The translations under genes and the position numbers were made by a program. From assembly GCA_964492045.1 (NCBI GenBank), contig CAZBHW010000012.1, positions 14,431-78,430 on the forward strand: a stretch of 64,000 bases of DNA. Reading direction: 5' to 3'. Positions within the stretch are counted from its first letter, which is position 1; every line of letters begins with the position of its first letter. The notes under the pieces were generated by a model that searched no databases, had not been told where the DNA came from, and was given only the letters and a program-made list of their open reading frames with translations. This DNA comes from an uncultured Coxiellaceae bacterium (GTDB lineage Bacteria > Pseudomonadota > Gammaproteobacteria > DSM-16500). Below are positions 27,449 through 36,121 of the stretch, piece after piece.

Positions 27449-28942
27449 TCAATGCCCCATCTCCAGTCCCGCAAGTTTCGCCGGTTTCGGCGCAAATAAC
27501 ACGACAGTCGCAGCACAAACAAGCACGAGAGAAGCGACAACAAACAGCTGGTTTGTTGCCAGCATTACACTTTGGGTATCCACCATTTGATTCAGCGTAA
27601 TGACCGGTATTTCTGAGCTGGGATGCATCATTGAAACTAGTTCATTGCGGTTAATCGCAGCATGATCACTCCAGGCAGAAGTAACAATCGATGCAGCAAA
27701 TGCGCCGGATAATGTGCGCAAAAAATTCATGAGACCAGCAGCGGATGCAATCTCATTCGGCTCTACAGCAGAAAGCGCCAACGCACTAAGCGGAATAAAA
27801 AAGAATGGCATACCAATGCCTTGAAATAATAGCGGCACGGCAACTTGTGCGAATGTCATATCAATACTGCCAAAGGAACGGACGAAGGTCATGCATCCCA
27901 TCCACATGACTCCGCAAAACACCAGTTTGCGCGGGTCCACCTTCGAAGCAAGTTTGGCGGCAATCGGCGCGACAAGAACGGCAAACATGCCGTGAGCTGC
28001 CATCGCCATTCCTGATGTAGTGGCGGTGTAACCCATATTGGTTTGCAGCCAAAGAGGTGTCAGGACAATCGAGCTAAAAAACGCGCCGAAGGTGAGACTG
28101 GTAGCCATCACACTTATACTGAAACTGCGATGCCGGAAAATATATAAATCTACAATCGGATTTTTTTCAGTTAATTCCCAAATCAGAAATGCTGCGAAAC
28201 CTATGATAGCAGTGATGGCCAGAATAATAATTTCAGGTGATGAAAACCAATCAAGTTTTTGTCCTTCATCCAGCATCAATTGCAAGGAACCAACAGACAC
28301 GATTAACAGTACTAACCCTACGACATCAATTTTTGATTTAACTGTCGCTGTTTCAAAGGGCTTCAGCAGCGTCCAGATCATGTAACAACACACGACGGCG
28401 AGCGGTACATTAATGAGAAAGATCCATGACCAGCCCCAGTTATCACAAATATAACCGCCGATAATGGGGCCAAGAATAGGTGCGATCAGCGTCGTCATAC
28501 TCCAGATCGCCATCGCTGCCATGCGTTTTTCTTTGGGGAAAGTTGACATTAAAATGGTTTGTGAAAGCGGCATCAGCGGGCCGCCGGCAAGACCCTGCAA
28601 TATGCGGCCGACGACCAGCATACCAAGTGAATTTGCGAATCCGCAAATCGCTGAACAGAGGCCGAAAAATAACAAACCAGCAGCAAATACTTTTACGGTA
28701 CCAAAACGGTTGGCAAGCCAGCCGGTTAGCGGCACGCTGATCGCCTCGGCAACGGCATATGAAGTGATGACGTAAGTGCCTTCGTTGCTTGATATCGCCA
28801 ACCCGCCCGCAATATGCGGCACAGAAACATTGGCTATCGTCATATCCAGCACCACAATAAAATTTGAAGCGGCGAGCATCACGGCAGCAATAATCAGACC
28901 GCTGCCTGCTAATTGTGGTTTGGTATGCATCTCGTGATTCAT
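27449..28942 (-). CDS. emrB: DHA2 (EmrB/QacA) family MFS multidrug efflux transporter
   Basis: 497 aa with about 14 hydrophobic segments and an N-terminal ANVSVPHIAGGL motif region typical of EmrB. It abuts emrA (1-nt overlap). Confidence 0.85.
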   Translation of the reverse strand: MNHEMHTKPQLAGSGLIIAAVMLAASNFIVVLDMTIANVSVPHIAGGLAISSNEGTYVITSYAVAEAISVPLTGWLANRFGTVKVFAAGLLFFGLCSAICGFANSLGMLVVGRILQGLAGGPLMPLSQTILMSTFPKEKRMAAMAIWSMTTLIAPILGPIIGGYICDNWGWSWIFLINVPLAVVCCYMIWTLLKPFETATVKSKIDVVGLVLLIVSVGSLQLMLDEGQKLDWFSSPEIIILAITAIIGFAAFLIWELTEKNPIVDLYIFRHRSFSISVMATSLTFGAFFSSIVLTPLWLQTNMGYTATTSGMAMAAHGMFAVLVAPIAAKLASKVDPRKLVFCGVMWMGCMTFVRSFGSIDMTFAQVAVPLLFQGIGMPFFFIPLSALALSAVEPNEIASAAGLMNFLRTLSGAFAASIVTSAWSDHAAINRNELVSMMHPSSEIPVITLNQMVDTQSVMLATNQLFVVASLVLVCAATVVLFAPKPAKLAGLEMGH

Positions 28943-29868
28943 TATGCTTTGCTACCAATATTGATATCAACATGCATGGATAAGCCAACGCGCAGTGGAT
29001 ATTGGGCAAGACTGTCTTTGTCGATTGCAATGCGTATGGGTAAACGCTGCACGACCTTAATCCAGTTGCCCGTTGCATTCTGTGCCGGAATAATCGCAAA
29101 TGAAGATCCCGTGCCGCCTGAAACACCAACAACCTTGCCGCGATAAGTGACGTCTGAACCGTAAATATCTGCGCGCAGCTCAACTGGCTGTCCAGGTTTC
29201 ACTTTTACTAACTGCACTTCCTTGAAGTTGGCAGTCACATAGACTTCTGAAACAGGCACAATCGAAAGTAAATAAGTACCGGAGGATACACGCTGACCAA
29301 GCTGCACTTCGCGCTTGGCGATCACGCCGTCAATTGGTGCACGCAGCACCGTTCGCTTCACTTCAAGCCGTGCTGCTTCGAGACCGGCCTTGGCGAGATC
29401 AGCATTGGCCTTGGCAACCTTGAATGTGTTTTCAGAATTATCAAGCTCTTCTTTTGAGACAAAACCTGAAGTCACCAATTTGTTACGGCGGTTTAAATTC
29501 GCTTGCGCACGCCCAAGCTCTGCGTCTGCACGCGCAGCATTTGCATCCGCCTGTTCCAGCGCAATTTTGGCATCCGAATCATCAAGAATGACGAGAATAT
29601 CACCAGCTTTTACATTCTGTGTATCTGTCACCAAAACAGATTTAACTGTACCTGCAGAACTCGAAGAAACCTGCGCAATATCCGCCGCTACATAGGCATT
29701 ATCAGTGGTGACATGCTTGGATCCTATCAGCAGCCAGTAACTGCCGCAAACGAGCACCCCTGCGACAACCACCACTGCCAGCCTGATGAGCCAGCGCTTG
29801 CGTGTCTGCATTGCGCTATTATTCGCCGAAATGAGTGGCGTGATATTTTCTTCTTGTGCTGACTGCAT
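28942..29868 (-). CDS. emrA: HlyD/EmrA-family periplasmic adaptor
   Basis: 308 aa with a single N-terminal TM, TTDNAYVAADIAQVSSSSAGTV and a coiled-coil middle region. Confidence 0.8.
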   Translation of the reverse strand: MQSAQEENITPLISANNSAMQTRKRWLIRLAVVVVAGVLVCGSYWLLIGSKHVTTDNAYVAADIAQVSSSSAGTVKSVLVTDTQNVKAGDILVILDDSDAKIALEQADANAARADAELGRAQANLNRRNKLVTSGFVSKEELDNSENTFKVAKANADLAKAGLEAARLEVKRTVLRAPIDGVIAKREVQLGQRVSSGTYLLSIVPVSEVYVTANFKEVQLVKVKPGQPVELRADIYGSDVTYRGKVVGVSGGTGSSFAIIPAQNATGNWIKVVQRLPIRIAIDKDSLAQYPLRVGLSMHVDINIGSKA

Positions 29869-30027
29869 GGTATATGCCGAACCCAGTTATAATTATTCGG
29901 ACAAATATACCCCAACTTATACCCAATTTCATTTAAATCATGCCATTCCTGACGGCTTGCTCAGCGTAACTATTCAGTGACCCTAATCCTTTAAGCCAAA
30001 ATATCAATGACATAGCTCAAAAAACTG

Positions 30028-30056
30028 GCGTGAAACTAAAATGCCCTGTGAGACTG
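30028..30056. terminator. hairpin with flanking A/T runs just inside the right transposon end (possible bidirectional terminator)
   Basis: aaaatgccc tgtgagact gggcatttttt. Confidence 0.35.
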
Positions 30057-30143
30057 GGCATTTTTTATCTTTTTGCTCTAGCTCGCATCCGTTCGTGCGT
30101 GAGTAGATGGGCAAAAGGTTACGGTGGAGAAATAAATCCTCTC

Positions 30144-30192
30144 GTTGCTGAACTACTCTTTGTCATGCTGAACTCCTCTTCGACAAATGACA
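30144..30192 (-). repeat. right transposon end: two contiguous inverted copies of the end repeat
   Basis: The two copies are gttgctgaactactctttgtca (30144-30165) and tgctgaactcctcttcgacaaatgaca (30166-30192). They are reverse complements of the left-end sites. Confidence 0.75.
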
Positions 30193-30197
30193 ATTTC
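30193..30197. repeat. right copy of the 5-bp target-site duplication ATTTC
   Basis: atttc immediately follows ...CAAATGACA. Confidence 0.75.
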
Positions 30198-30440
30198 TCA
30201 CGCAAATCAGCGTCGTCCAAGTTCTGATAATAGACGTTATCGGTCGTGTATAAATATTGTATATGTGTGTTACATGATGTCACACGATGCGTGACATCGC
30301 GCATAGTTATGTTAAAATGGCTAAAGCGGTGTTAAGACGAGCAGCACCTAATCTGTGCCGGCAGCATTCGCTAAACAAGATTAGGGTCGTGGGTAACCGA
30401 TGAGGCATAAAGTTTAAATTGAATTGAAGAGAGGAATCGT

Positions 30441-31496
30441 ATGCAACGGCTCGGTATTGATTATACGCTGGTCGCTGACGCGGCTGAAAAACTGACTGCA
30501 CAAGGCGAAGTCCCAACGATTGATCGCATACGAGTCTTCCTGGGCGGCACCGGTAGCAACACCACCATTTCAAAATATTTACATCTTTGGCGCCATAATA
30601 CGGGGCAGAGTCATAAATCAGAGCCCGCAAATTCCATCAATACGTCTGATCCAGTGCAGCAGGTGGTGACACGCGTCTGGCAACAACTCCGTGAAGAAAC
30701 AGATGCGGAAATTGAAGCCATCAAAACCAGCACGCAAACACTCATCACGGAATCTGAAGAAAAAGCGGCGCACATGACACAAGAGTATGAAAGGGTAGCC
30801 GCATTGTGTAATGGGTATCAGGAACAACTGCGGTTATCAGAAGCGAAATCTGCCGTGCAGCAATTCGATATAAACCAGCTGCAGCGAGAGCAGGCAATAC
30901 TTGAAGAACGGAACAAAGGTCTCGCGCAGCGTTACGCTGATTTGGAATTAACCATGGCCAAACAGCAAGCGGATCTCACGCAAGCCCATCACAATGAAAT
31001 GAATTTGCTGATTGAAAAATCAAATGCACAAATAGCCGCTCTCGAAAAATTAATCGCTCAACAAAAAAGTCATGCAGAAGATGAGCGTGTTAAACACATG
31101 CAAGAAACGGATCATCTCAAAACCAATCAGCAAAAAATAAAAAAAGATTACGAACTTTTACAGGCAGTATCTGCATCTAAAGATATAGAATTGATGGAAC
31201 TAAAAACCCAGCTAATCGCTCTCAAAAAAGAGAACGAGATGCTTTCTACGCAGGTTCAATCCCAAGAAAAATATTGGGGACTATTTGAGAAAAACAGCCA
31301 AGTCACCAATAATATATGGTCTGAATTAAAGGACATTCCCAAATTTGATTTTAACTTACCTTATATCAGTTTAATAAGTGATATACAGAGTAGTATGAAT
31401 CTTTCCATGGAAAGTCTAGGCAAGGTAACGCAGGATGCAAAACAAACCATAGAATTATTCAAGAATATCAGCATCATTGATATGAAGCATGAATAG
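30441..31496 (+). CDS. KfrA-like DNA-binding protein (KfrA_N domain plus long coiled coil)
   Basis: The N-terminus GIDYTLVADAAEKLTAQGEVPTIDRIRVFLGGTGSNTTISKYLHLWR matches the KfrA N-terminal pattern. The rest is rich in Q/E/K/L heptad-like sequence. Confidence 0.7.
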   Translation: MQRLGIDYTLVADAAEKLTAQGEVPTIDRIRVFLGGTGSNTTISKYLHLWRHNTGQSHKSEPANSINTSDPVQQVVTRVWQQLREETDAEIEAIKTSTQTLITESEEKAAHMTQEYERVAALCNGYQEQLRLSEAKSAVQQFDINQLQREQAILEERNKGLAQRYADLELTMAKQQADLTQAHHNEMNLLIEKSNAQIAALEKLIAQQKSHAEDERVKHMQETDHLKTNQQKIKKDYELLQAVSASKDIELMELKTQLIALKKENEMLSTQVQSQEKYWGLFEKNSQVTNNIWSELKDIPKFDFNLPYISLISDIQSSMNLSMESLGKVTQDAKQTIELFKNISIIDMKHE

Positions 31497-32694
31497 TATG
31501 ACAGTAGACAATGAAATAACGTTTCCCTCTCTACAACAATTGCCACTGACACTGGATGCATTACAGTTAAATGGAGCAACTGGGACAAATCGAGAACGAC
31601 AAGAGCGTTGCCAAATACATGCTAAACACGATTATGAAGCTATTCAATGTTGGCTGAACGAATACCGTCAGAAAGAAACAACATATCGAACCTACCAAAA
31701 AGAAGCTGAACGTTTATTATTGTGGTCAGTCTTTCAATGTAAAAAAGCATTCTCTAGCTTAGATCGCGACGACTTTGAAAAATATTTTGAATTTTTAGAT
31801 AATCCCATGCCCAAAGAAATTTGGTGTGCGCGAGATCATGGTGGAGGTCGCAGAAGAGGTGATGCTGGTTGGAGACCTTTTGTCGGTGCTTTGAGTCTTT
31901 CTGCCAAGCAGACAGCAATTAGATGTATAGATTCTTTATTAAATTACTTAGTCGACGCACGATATCTAAATTTTAATCCTCTCGTGCTCATGAGAAAACG
32001 TAACAACAAAGGGAACGTTAGACCTGCGATGTTGTCACTACAAGAACGGATGCTAAATATTGATGAGTGGCATGCTATGTTAGATACATTAGATAACCTA
32101 CCAGCAAAAGAATTTATAGAAAAACAGGAAAAAGAGCGGCTCATTTTTTTAATTAATATTCTGTATTTTTTAGGGCTGCGTATAAATGAGTTAGCAACTC
32201 ATACATGGAATGCATTTCGTAAGGTTGATAATCACTGGTGGTTTGTTGTTATTGGTAAAGGTGATAAATCTGGTATGGTACCTGTTTGTGATGAGTTACT
32301 AAAATCTGTTATTCATTACCGAACTTTTTTAAAAAAAGTACCCTTTCCACAAACTGAAGAAATTGAACCATTAATTTCATCATTAGCTTCAAATGAAGCA
32401 ATTACACCAAGACAAATTAATAAGATTCTTAAAAAACTCGCTATAGAAACCGCTAAAAAATTCGTTTCCCAGCCAGATAAGATAAATAAATTAAAAAAGT
32501 TCTCTGCTCATTGGTTACGTCATTTATCCGCATCTATGCAAGATAGAGTAGGAATAAAGTTTACTCACATCAAAGCGAATCATCGTCACGAGAGCGGCGA
32601 AACGACGCGCCGTTATGTGCATGCAATTGATGAAGATCGTCATCACGATATGCAAAAACTTTCTCTTCGATTGTACAATAAAGATAGAAAATAA
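31489..32694 (+). CDS. tyrosine recombinase / phage-type integrase
   Basis: 401 aa with catalytic-region motifs LGLRINELA (Arg), HWLRH (HxxR) and TTRRYVH (Tyr). It overlaps the kfrA-like gene by 8 nt. Confidence 0.8.
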   Translation: MNSMTVDNEITFPSLQQLPLTLDALQLNGATGTNRERQERCQIHAKHDYEAIQCWLNEYRQKETTYRTYQKEAERLLLWSVFQCKKAFSSLDRDDFEKYFEFLDNPMPKEIWCARDHGGGRRRGDAGWRPFVGALSLSAKQTAIRCIDSLLNYLVDARYLNFNPLVLMRKRNNKGNVRPAMLSLQERMLNIDEWHAMLDTLDNLPAKEFIEKQEKERLIFLINILYFLGLRINELATHTWNAFRKVDNHWWFVVIGKGDKSGMVPVCDELLKSVIHYRTFLKKVPFPQTEEIEPLISSLASNEAITPRQINKILKKLAIETAKKFVSQPDKINKLKKFSAHWLRHLSASMQDRVGIKFTHIKANHRHESGETTRRYVHAIDEDRHHDMQKLSLRLYNKDRK

Positions 32695-32748
32695 TTAATC
32701 GATATGTTGGTGCACGATTAGTGTTGTTGTATATAGTTTATTTATAAA

Positions 32749-33108
32749 TTAGCTCCTCTCGCAAGGTTTACAAAATGTATCCAGTCGCCGTTTATCTAAT
32801 TTATATGGTGCTAAATGCGCGATAGACTTAATAGTCAGTTTAATTACCTCTCTTATCCAACTAGGTAAATTGGGGTGTAGTCGATAGTATATCCAAAGAC
32901 CATCGCGCCTCCCTGTCACCACGTTATATTTACGCAATAACGCTAGGTGTCGAGAGATCTTTGGCTGGCTGCTATCTAACGCATGAGTAAGCTCACAAAC
33001 ACATAATTCATCGGCAAAGTAAATTCGCGCTAAGCAACGCAGACGCGTGATGTCAGACAACAAGTTATATATTTTTTCTGGTTGAATGACCAACATTTTT
33101 GGCTTCAT
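32749..33108 (-). CDS. ArsR/SmtB-family metalloregulator
   Basis: 119 aa with ELCVCELTHAL and a wHTH (QPKISRHLALLRKYNVV). Confidence 0.8.
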   Translation of the reverse strand: MKPKMLVIQPEKIYNLLSDITRLRCLARIYFADELCVCELTHALDSSQPKISRHLALLRKYNVVTGRRDGLWIYYRLHPNLPSWIREVIKLTIKSIAHLAPYKLDKRRLDTFCKPCERS

Positions 33109-33136
33109 AGCTGTCTCTTAAAGGACAAAAAATTGT

Positions 33137-33451
33137 CTAGCAACATGATAATGAGTTACAAGAATTACTGCATTCAGTGCAAGCAACTGCGCAATTTTTG
33201 CAATCTATGCTGTCATGTTTACCACAGTGGTCAGAGCAATTTTTGCAGGCTTCAGCACAAAGTTTCATGACTAGTGGTAATAAATTAGAATTTCGTGCGC
33301 ACATCCTGATGCAAAGGCTGCAAATATCTGCACAATCCAGGCAATATTTAATGCAATCACTACAGCCACCATTTTCACTACAACTGGCAATGCATTTTTC
33401 GCAGGCTTTCAGACATTTTAAACAACGCTCAATGCAATCTTTAAGTTCCAT
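33137..33451 (-). CDS. Cys-rich four-helix-bundle metal (copper)-binding protein, DUF326/Csp-like
   Basis: 104 aa with 24 Cys by my count, in CxxxC/CxxC heptad-like spacing (CIERCLKCLKACEKCIASC...). It lies immediately downstream of arsR. Confidence 0.7.
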   Translation of the reverse strand: MELKDCIERCLKCLKACEKCIASCSENGGCSDCIKYCLDCADICSLCIRMCARNSNLLPLVMKLCAEACKNCSDHCGKHDSIDCKNCAVACTECSNSCNSLSCC

Positions 33452-33600
33452 AGATTCCTCTTAATAAAAGTAATTGATTATATATAACCGAATTCATATA
33501 TATGGTATAACGTATATATCATATTCTTGCAAACTACAACAAAAATAGTTATCGATCGACTAGGGTATGATGAGCTTACCTTTCAATTTAATGAAGTAGG

Positions 33601-33881
33601 CAAATTAATAAAAGTCTAAAAAAATTAGCATTGGAAACAGCAAATAAATTTACAGGACAGTCAGATAAGTTAAAAAAATAAAAAAGTTTTCCGCTTATTG
33701 GCTGCGACATTTGTCCGCCTCTATGCAGGATAGTGCAGGAATAAAGTTTACTGATTTAAAAGAAAATCATCGTCATGAAAGTGGTGAAACGACGCATCGA
33801 TATATACATGCAATTGATGATGATCGCCATCATGACATGCAAAAACTTTCACTTCGAGTGCCAATAAAAGAAAAGAAATGA
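33601..33881 (+). pseudogene. C-terminal remnant of a second, related tyrosine recombinase
   Basis: It translates to QINKSLKKLALETANKFTGQSDKLKK, a frameshift in an A-run, then IKKFSAYWLRHLSASMQDSAGIKFTDLKENHRHESGETTHRYIHAIDDDRHHDMQKLSLR. This is about three-quarters identical to the tail of 31489-32694. No N-terminal part is present. Confidence 0.75.
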
Positions 33882-34087
33882 GTAATTGTAGTCTTATGAA
33901 ATCCAGATTAATATCGGTGCTGGAGTGTCCTGAGAAACTGTATTATTCATGTATATGTAGAGCATTCCACATAAACGAATCAGACATCTGTATAAAGCAT
34001 GACAAAGAATCTGGTATATCAGCTAGCTAACGACAGTGTTAGACAGTACTGCGAATTGATAAAATTATCTAAATCATATTTATTAAT

Positions 34088-34873
34088 TTAATAACTTATT
34101 TCTGAAATCACGCCAATTGTTACCCATTTCTTCAGCATTGTAGCAGCTGCGATAGCAACGATATCCTCATTCATGAACTGACATAGTCCTTCACAAATAT
34201 CCGCAAAGCTTGAATCCGATATCGCAGCATCTAATGCCCAAGCCTCATCATTTGGCATGGAATTAAAATGACTGATCAATTCATGGCGCCAGAATAGCCA
34301 TGTTATAGGAGAAGAGTGTTGTGTTAGTGCCATTGTACTGTCTTCATTTAACGTAGATTGCCAAAAATCTATCACATTCCAATGAAACTGAAATCGATGC
34401 ATTGATGGATGAAAAATAAAGTGCATCTCTGCCCATGCATCCGGTGGGATGAGTGATATCTGTTCGAGCGTAAAGACTTTTGCATCTTGCGCGTCGAAAA
34501 CGAGCGTCATTATCCAGTCTAGTTGTGCTATTTCGTGAAGATATGGAAATGATTTAGATAAATCACACAATTGTATAAAATCAGGGAATCTATCGCCATA
34601 CCAGCGTATGGATCGGAAACATGAATTGTTTTTATCGATATAAGTCGCGGCAATAGCGTTAAATTCATCATCACCCAAGCAAGTGCGAAGAAATGGAAAA
34701 GTACTGGATAAAGCTTCTAGTAACCGCGTTTTATAGGCATTAGCGTAGATAGCTAATCTTTCAACCGCGTGGAATTTTTCTGTGCTTACTACGTGTGTGA
34801 CAATTATACTCGAATCAGATTGCAATAAATATTGCTGAAATGAATCTTGAATCTGCTTTAAACCTGTCATCAT
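34088..34873 (-). CDS. bufC: DUF2063-family RiPP maturation partner (BufC/HvfC-like)
   Basis: 261 aa with an N-terminal LAIYANAYKTRLLEAL pattern typical of DUF2063. It overlaps the DUF692 gene by 4 nt. Confidence 0.7.
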   Translation of the reverse strand: MMTGLKQIQDSFQQYLLQSDSSIIVTHVVSTEKFHAVERLAIYANAYKTRLLEALSSTFPFLRTCLGDDEFNAIAATYIDKNNSCFRSIRWYGDRFPDFIQLCDLSKSFPYLHEIAQLDWIMTLVFDAQDAKVFTLEQISLIPPDAWAEMHFIFHPSMHRFQFHWNVIDFWQSTLNEDSTMALTQHSSPITWLFWRHELISHFNSMPNDEAWALDAAISDSSFADICEGLCQFMNEDIVAIAAATMLKKWVTIGVISEISY

Positions 34874-35700
34874 GCCACCGCTGTCAATGCGTTTTGCGCA
34901 ATCATTCGAGCATAATTTAGCTCGGTGACCAATGATTCAAGTGGTGGAATATTATCGTCACGTTCTATCATTGTTGATACAAAACCAAAATGTTTAATGG
35001 CATCAGCGTATAATTTCCAGACCGGATCAATAATATCTTGATCATGCGTATCGATAATGTAATTACCCATGTTGGAATGTCCCGCAAGGTGGAATTGGAA
35101 AACTCTATTTTTTGGTATATTAGTTAGAAAGGTAGAAGGATTAAATCCGTGATTTACAGAACTGACATAAATATTGTTGATATCCAATAAAATGTGACAA
35201 TCGGCTTGATTGGTAATTTCACTAATAAATTCCCATTCAGTCATCTGTGATTGTTGATACTCTATATAGCTCGATACATTTTCAATTACTATTTGCCGGC
35301 CGAGAAAATTTTGAATTTCCTGAATACGACCAACAATATGCTGAATAGATTCCTCTGTGTATGGGAGCGGCAGAAGATCATGTGTATTCTTTCCATGAAT
35401 GCCAGTCCAGCATAAATGATCTGAAATCCATTTTGGTTTGATACGTTCGCTGAGTTGTTTAACTTGTCGTAGATAGTCAAAATCGATTGGATCCGTACTG
35501 CCGATAGACATCGAGACACCATGCATCACTACTGGGTATCGTTCACAAATTTGATTAAGGTAATAATGCGGCTTGCCGCCCGGAACAAGATAGTTTTCAG
35601 TAATTACCTCAAACCAATCAACCGGAGGATTGGACGATAATATTTGTTCGTAATGACTTGGTCGTAAGCCCAAACCAAATCCAAGTTTTTGCCTATTCAT
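34870..35700 (-). CDS. bufB: DUF692 / MNIO-family (MbnB-like) multinuclear iron oxidase, RiPP maturase (BufB/HvfB-like)
   Basis: 276 aa with GLGLRPSHY, WFEVITENY, HGVSMSIGS and FHLAGHS motifs typical of DUF692 TIM-barrel enzymes. Confidence 0.8.
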   Translation of the reverse strand: MNRQKLGFGLGLRPSHYEQILSSNPPVDWFEVITENYLVPGGKPHYYLNQICERYPVVMHGVSMSIGSTDPIDFDYLRQVKQLSERIKPKWISDHLCWTGIHGKNTHDLLPLPYTEESIQHIVGRIQEIQNFLGRQIVIENVSSYIEYQQSQMTEWEFISEITNQADCHILLDINNIYVSSVNHGFNPSTFLTNIPKNRVFQFHLAGHSNMGNYIIDTHDQDIIDPVWKLYADAIKHFGFVSTMIERDDNIPPLESLVTELNYARMIAQNALTAVA

Positions 35701-35857
35701 AAACAGGATAGTCTTCTTAATTAATGTGCCTGACAGTCAACTAAGGACTTCGACATCAGAAATAATTTTGCATCAGCATGAATGTGTTTTTAATTATGTA
35801 TTTCACATTAAGAGCACATTCGATAGTAGATGCGCTCATTAATGTGGTTAATAAGAA

Positions 35858-36121
35858 TTAGCTTTGAGAAGTAGAACCACCAGCATCTTTACATGCTTTA
35901 CTGGATGCCATCAACTTCAATCCTTGCCCTTTGCAGGAGTTCATCCCTTTACATGAATTATTCGCTGTTTTGCAATCGCTCATTCCTTTGCATGAATTCG
36001 TTCCGTAGCATCTAACGTTATTTACCTGTCCTTTGGCAATTGCTGAGGTAACAGGTGCAGCTGCAAACCCTAATGCTGCAGCGGTCGCGATTGTTATTCC
36101 AATCAATTTTTTATTGCTCAT
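35858..36121 (-). CDS. bufA: bufferin/HvfA-type RiPP metallophore precursor (Sec signal peptide, 6 Cys)
   Basis: 87 aa with signal peptide MSNKKLIGITIATAAALGFAAAPVTSAIA. The core VRCYGTNSCKGMSDCKTANNSCKGMNSCKGQG...ACKDAGG has repeated SCKG motifs. It lies upstream of the MNIO and DUF2063 genes. Confidence 0.7.
   Translation of the reverse strand: MSNKKLIGITIATAAALGFAAAPVTSAIAKGQVNNVRCYGTNSCKGMSDCKTANNSCKGMNSCKGQGLKLMASSKACKDAGGSTSQS

Larger units (their letters stand above)
21118..30192 (+). mobile_element. Tn7/Tn5053-superfamily transposon (tniA-tniB; no tniQ, no resolvase) with about 6 kb of cargo
   Basis: The termini are TGTCATTTGCCAAAGAGGAGTTCAGCA (21118-) and its near-perfect inverse TGCTGAACTCCTCTTCGACAAATGACA (-30192). 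Internal end repeats are present, it is flanked by 5-bp ATTTC direct repeats, and it carries a DDE transposase plus an AAA+ partner. Confidence 0.8.

Noticed and set aside
28443-29183. A 246-aa ORF on the minus strand spans the emrA/emrB junction. ORFs at 28038-28385, 28464-28775, 29315-29695 and 29503-29862 fall in the same region.
   Set aside because: These are alternative-frame or antisense ORFs inside well-supported emrB and emrA genes. Their Arg/Cys/Ala-rich composition is the usual artefact of GC-rich DNA.
30200-30440. A possible small RNA or tRNA-like element lies upstream of the kfrA-like gene (GC-richer patch at about 30320-30400).
   Set aside because: I could not fold a convincing cloverleaf or conserved sRNA structure by eye. 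It is more likely a promoter or leader region.
30030-30630. Small ORFs (65, 61 and 107 aa) cross the right transposon end and the kfrA-like start.
   Set aside because: They span the transposon/flank junction or lie antisense to the KfrA-like gene, so they cannot predate the insertion. No supporting signals are present.
33082-33464. Plus-strand ORFs (62 and 95 aa) lie opposite the Cys-rich protein gene.
   Set aside because: The minus-strand frame gives a regular CxxxC/CxxC four-helix-bundle pattern and sits in operon position behind arsR. The plus-strand translations are low-complexity with no start context.
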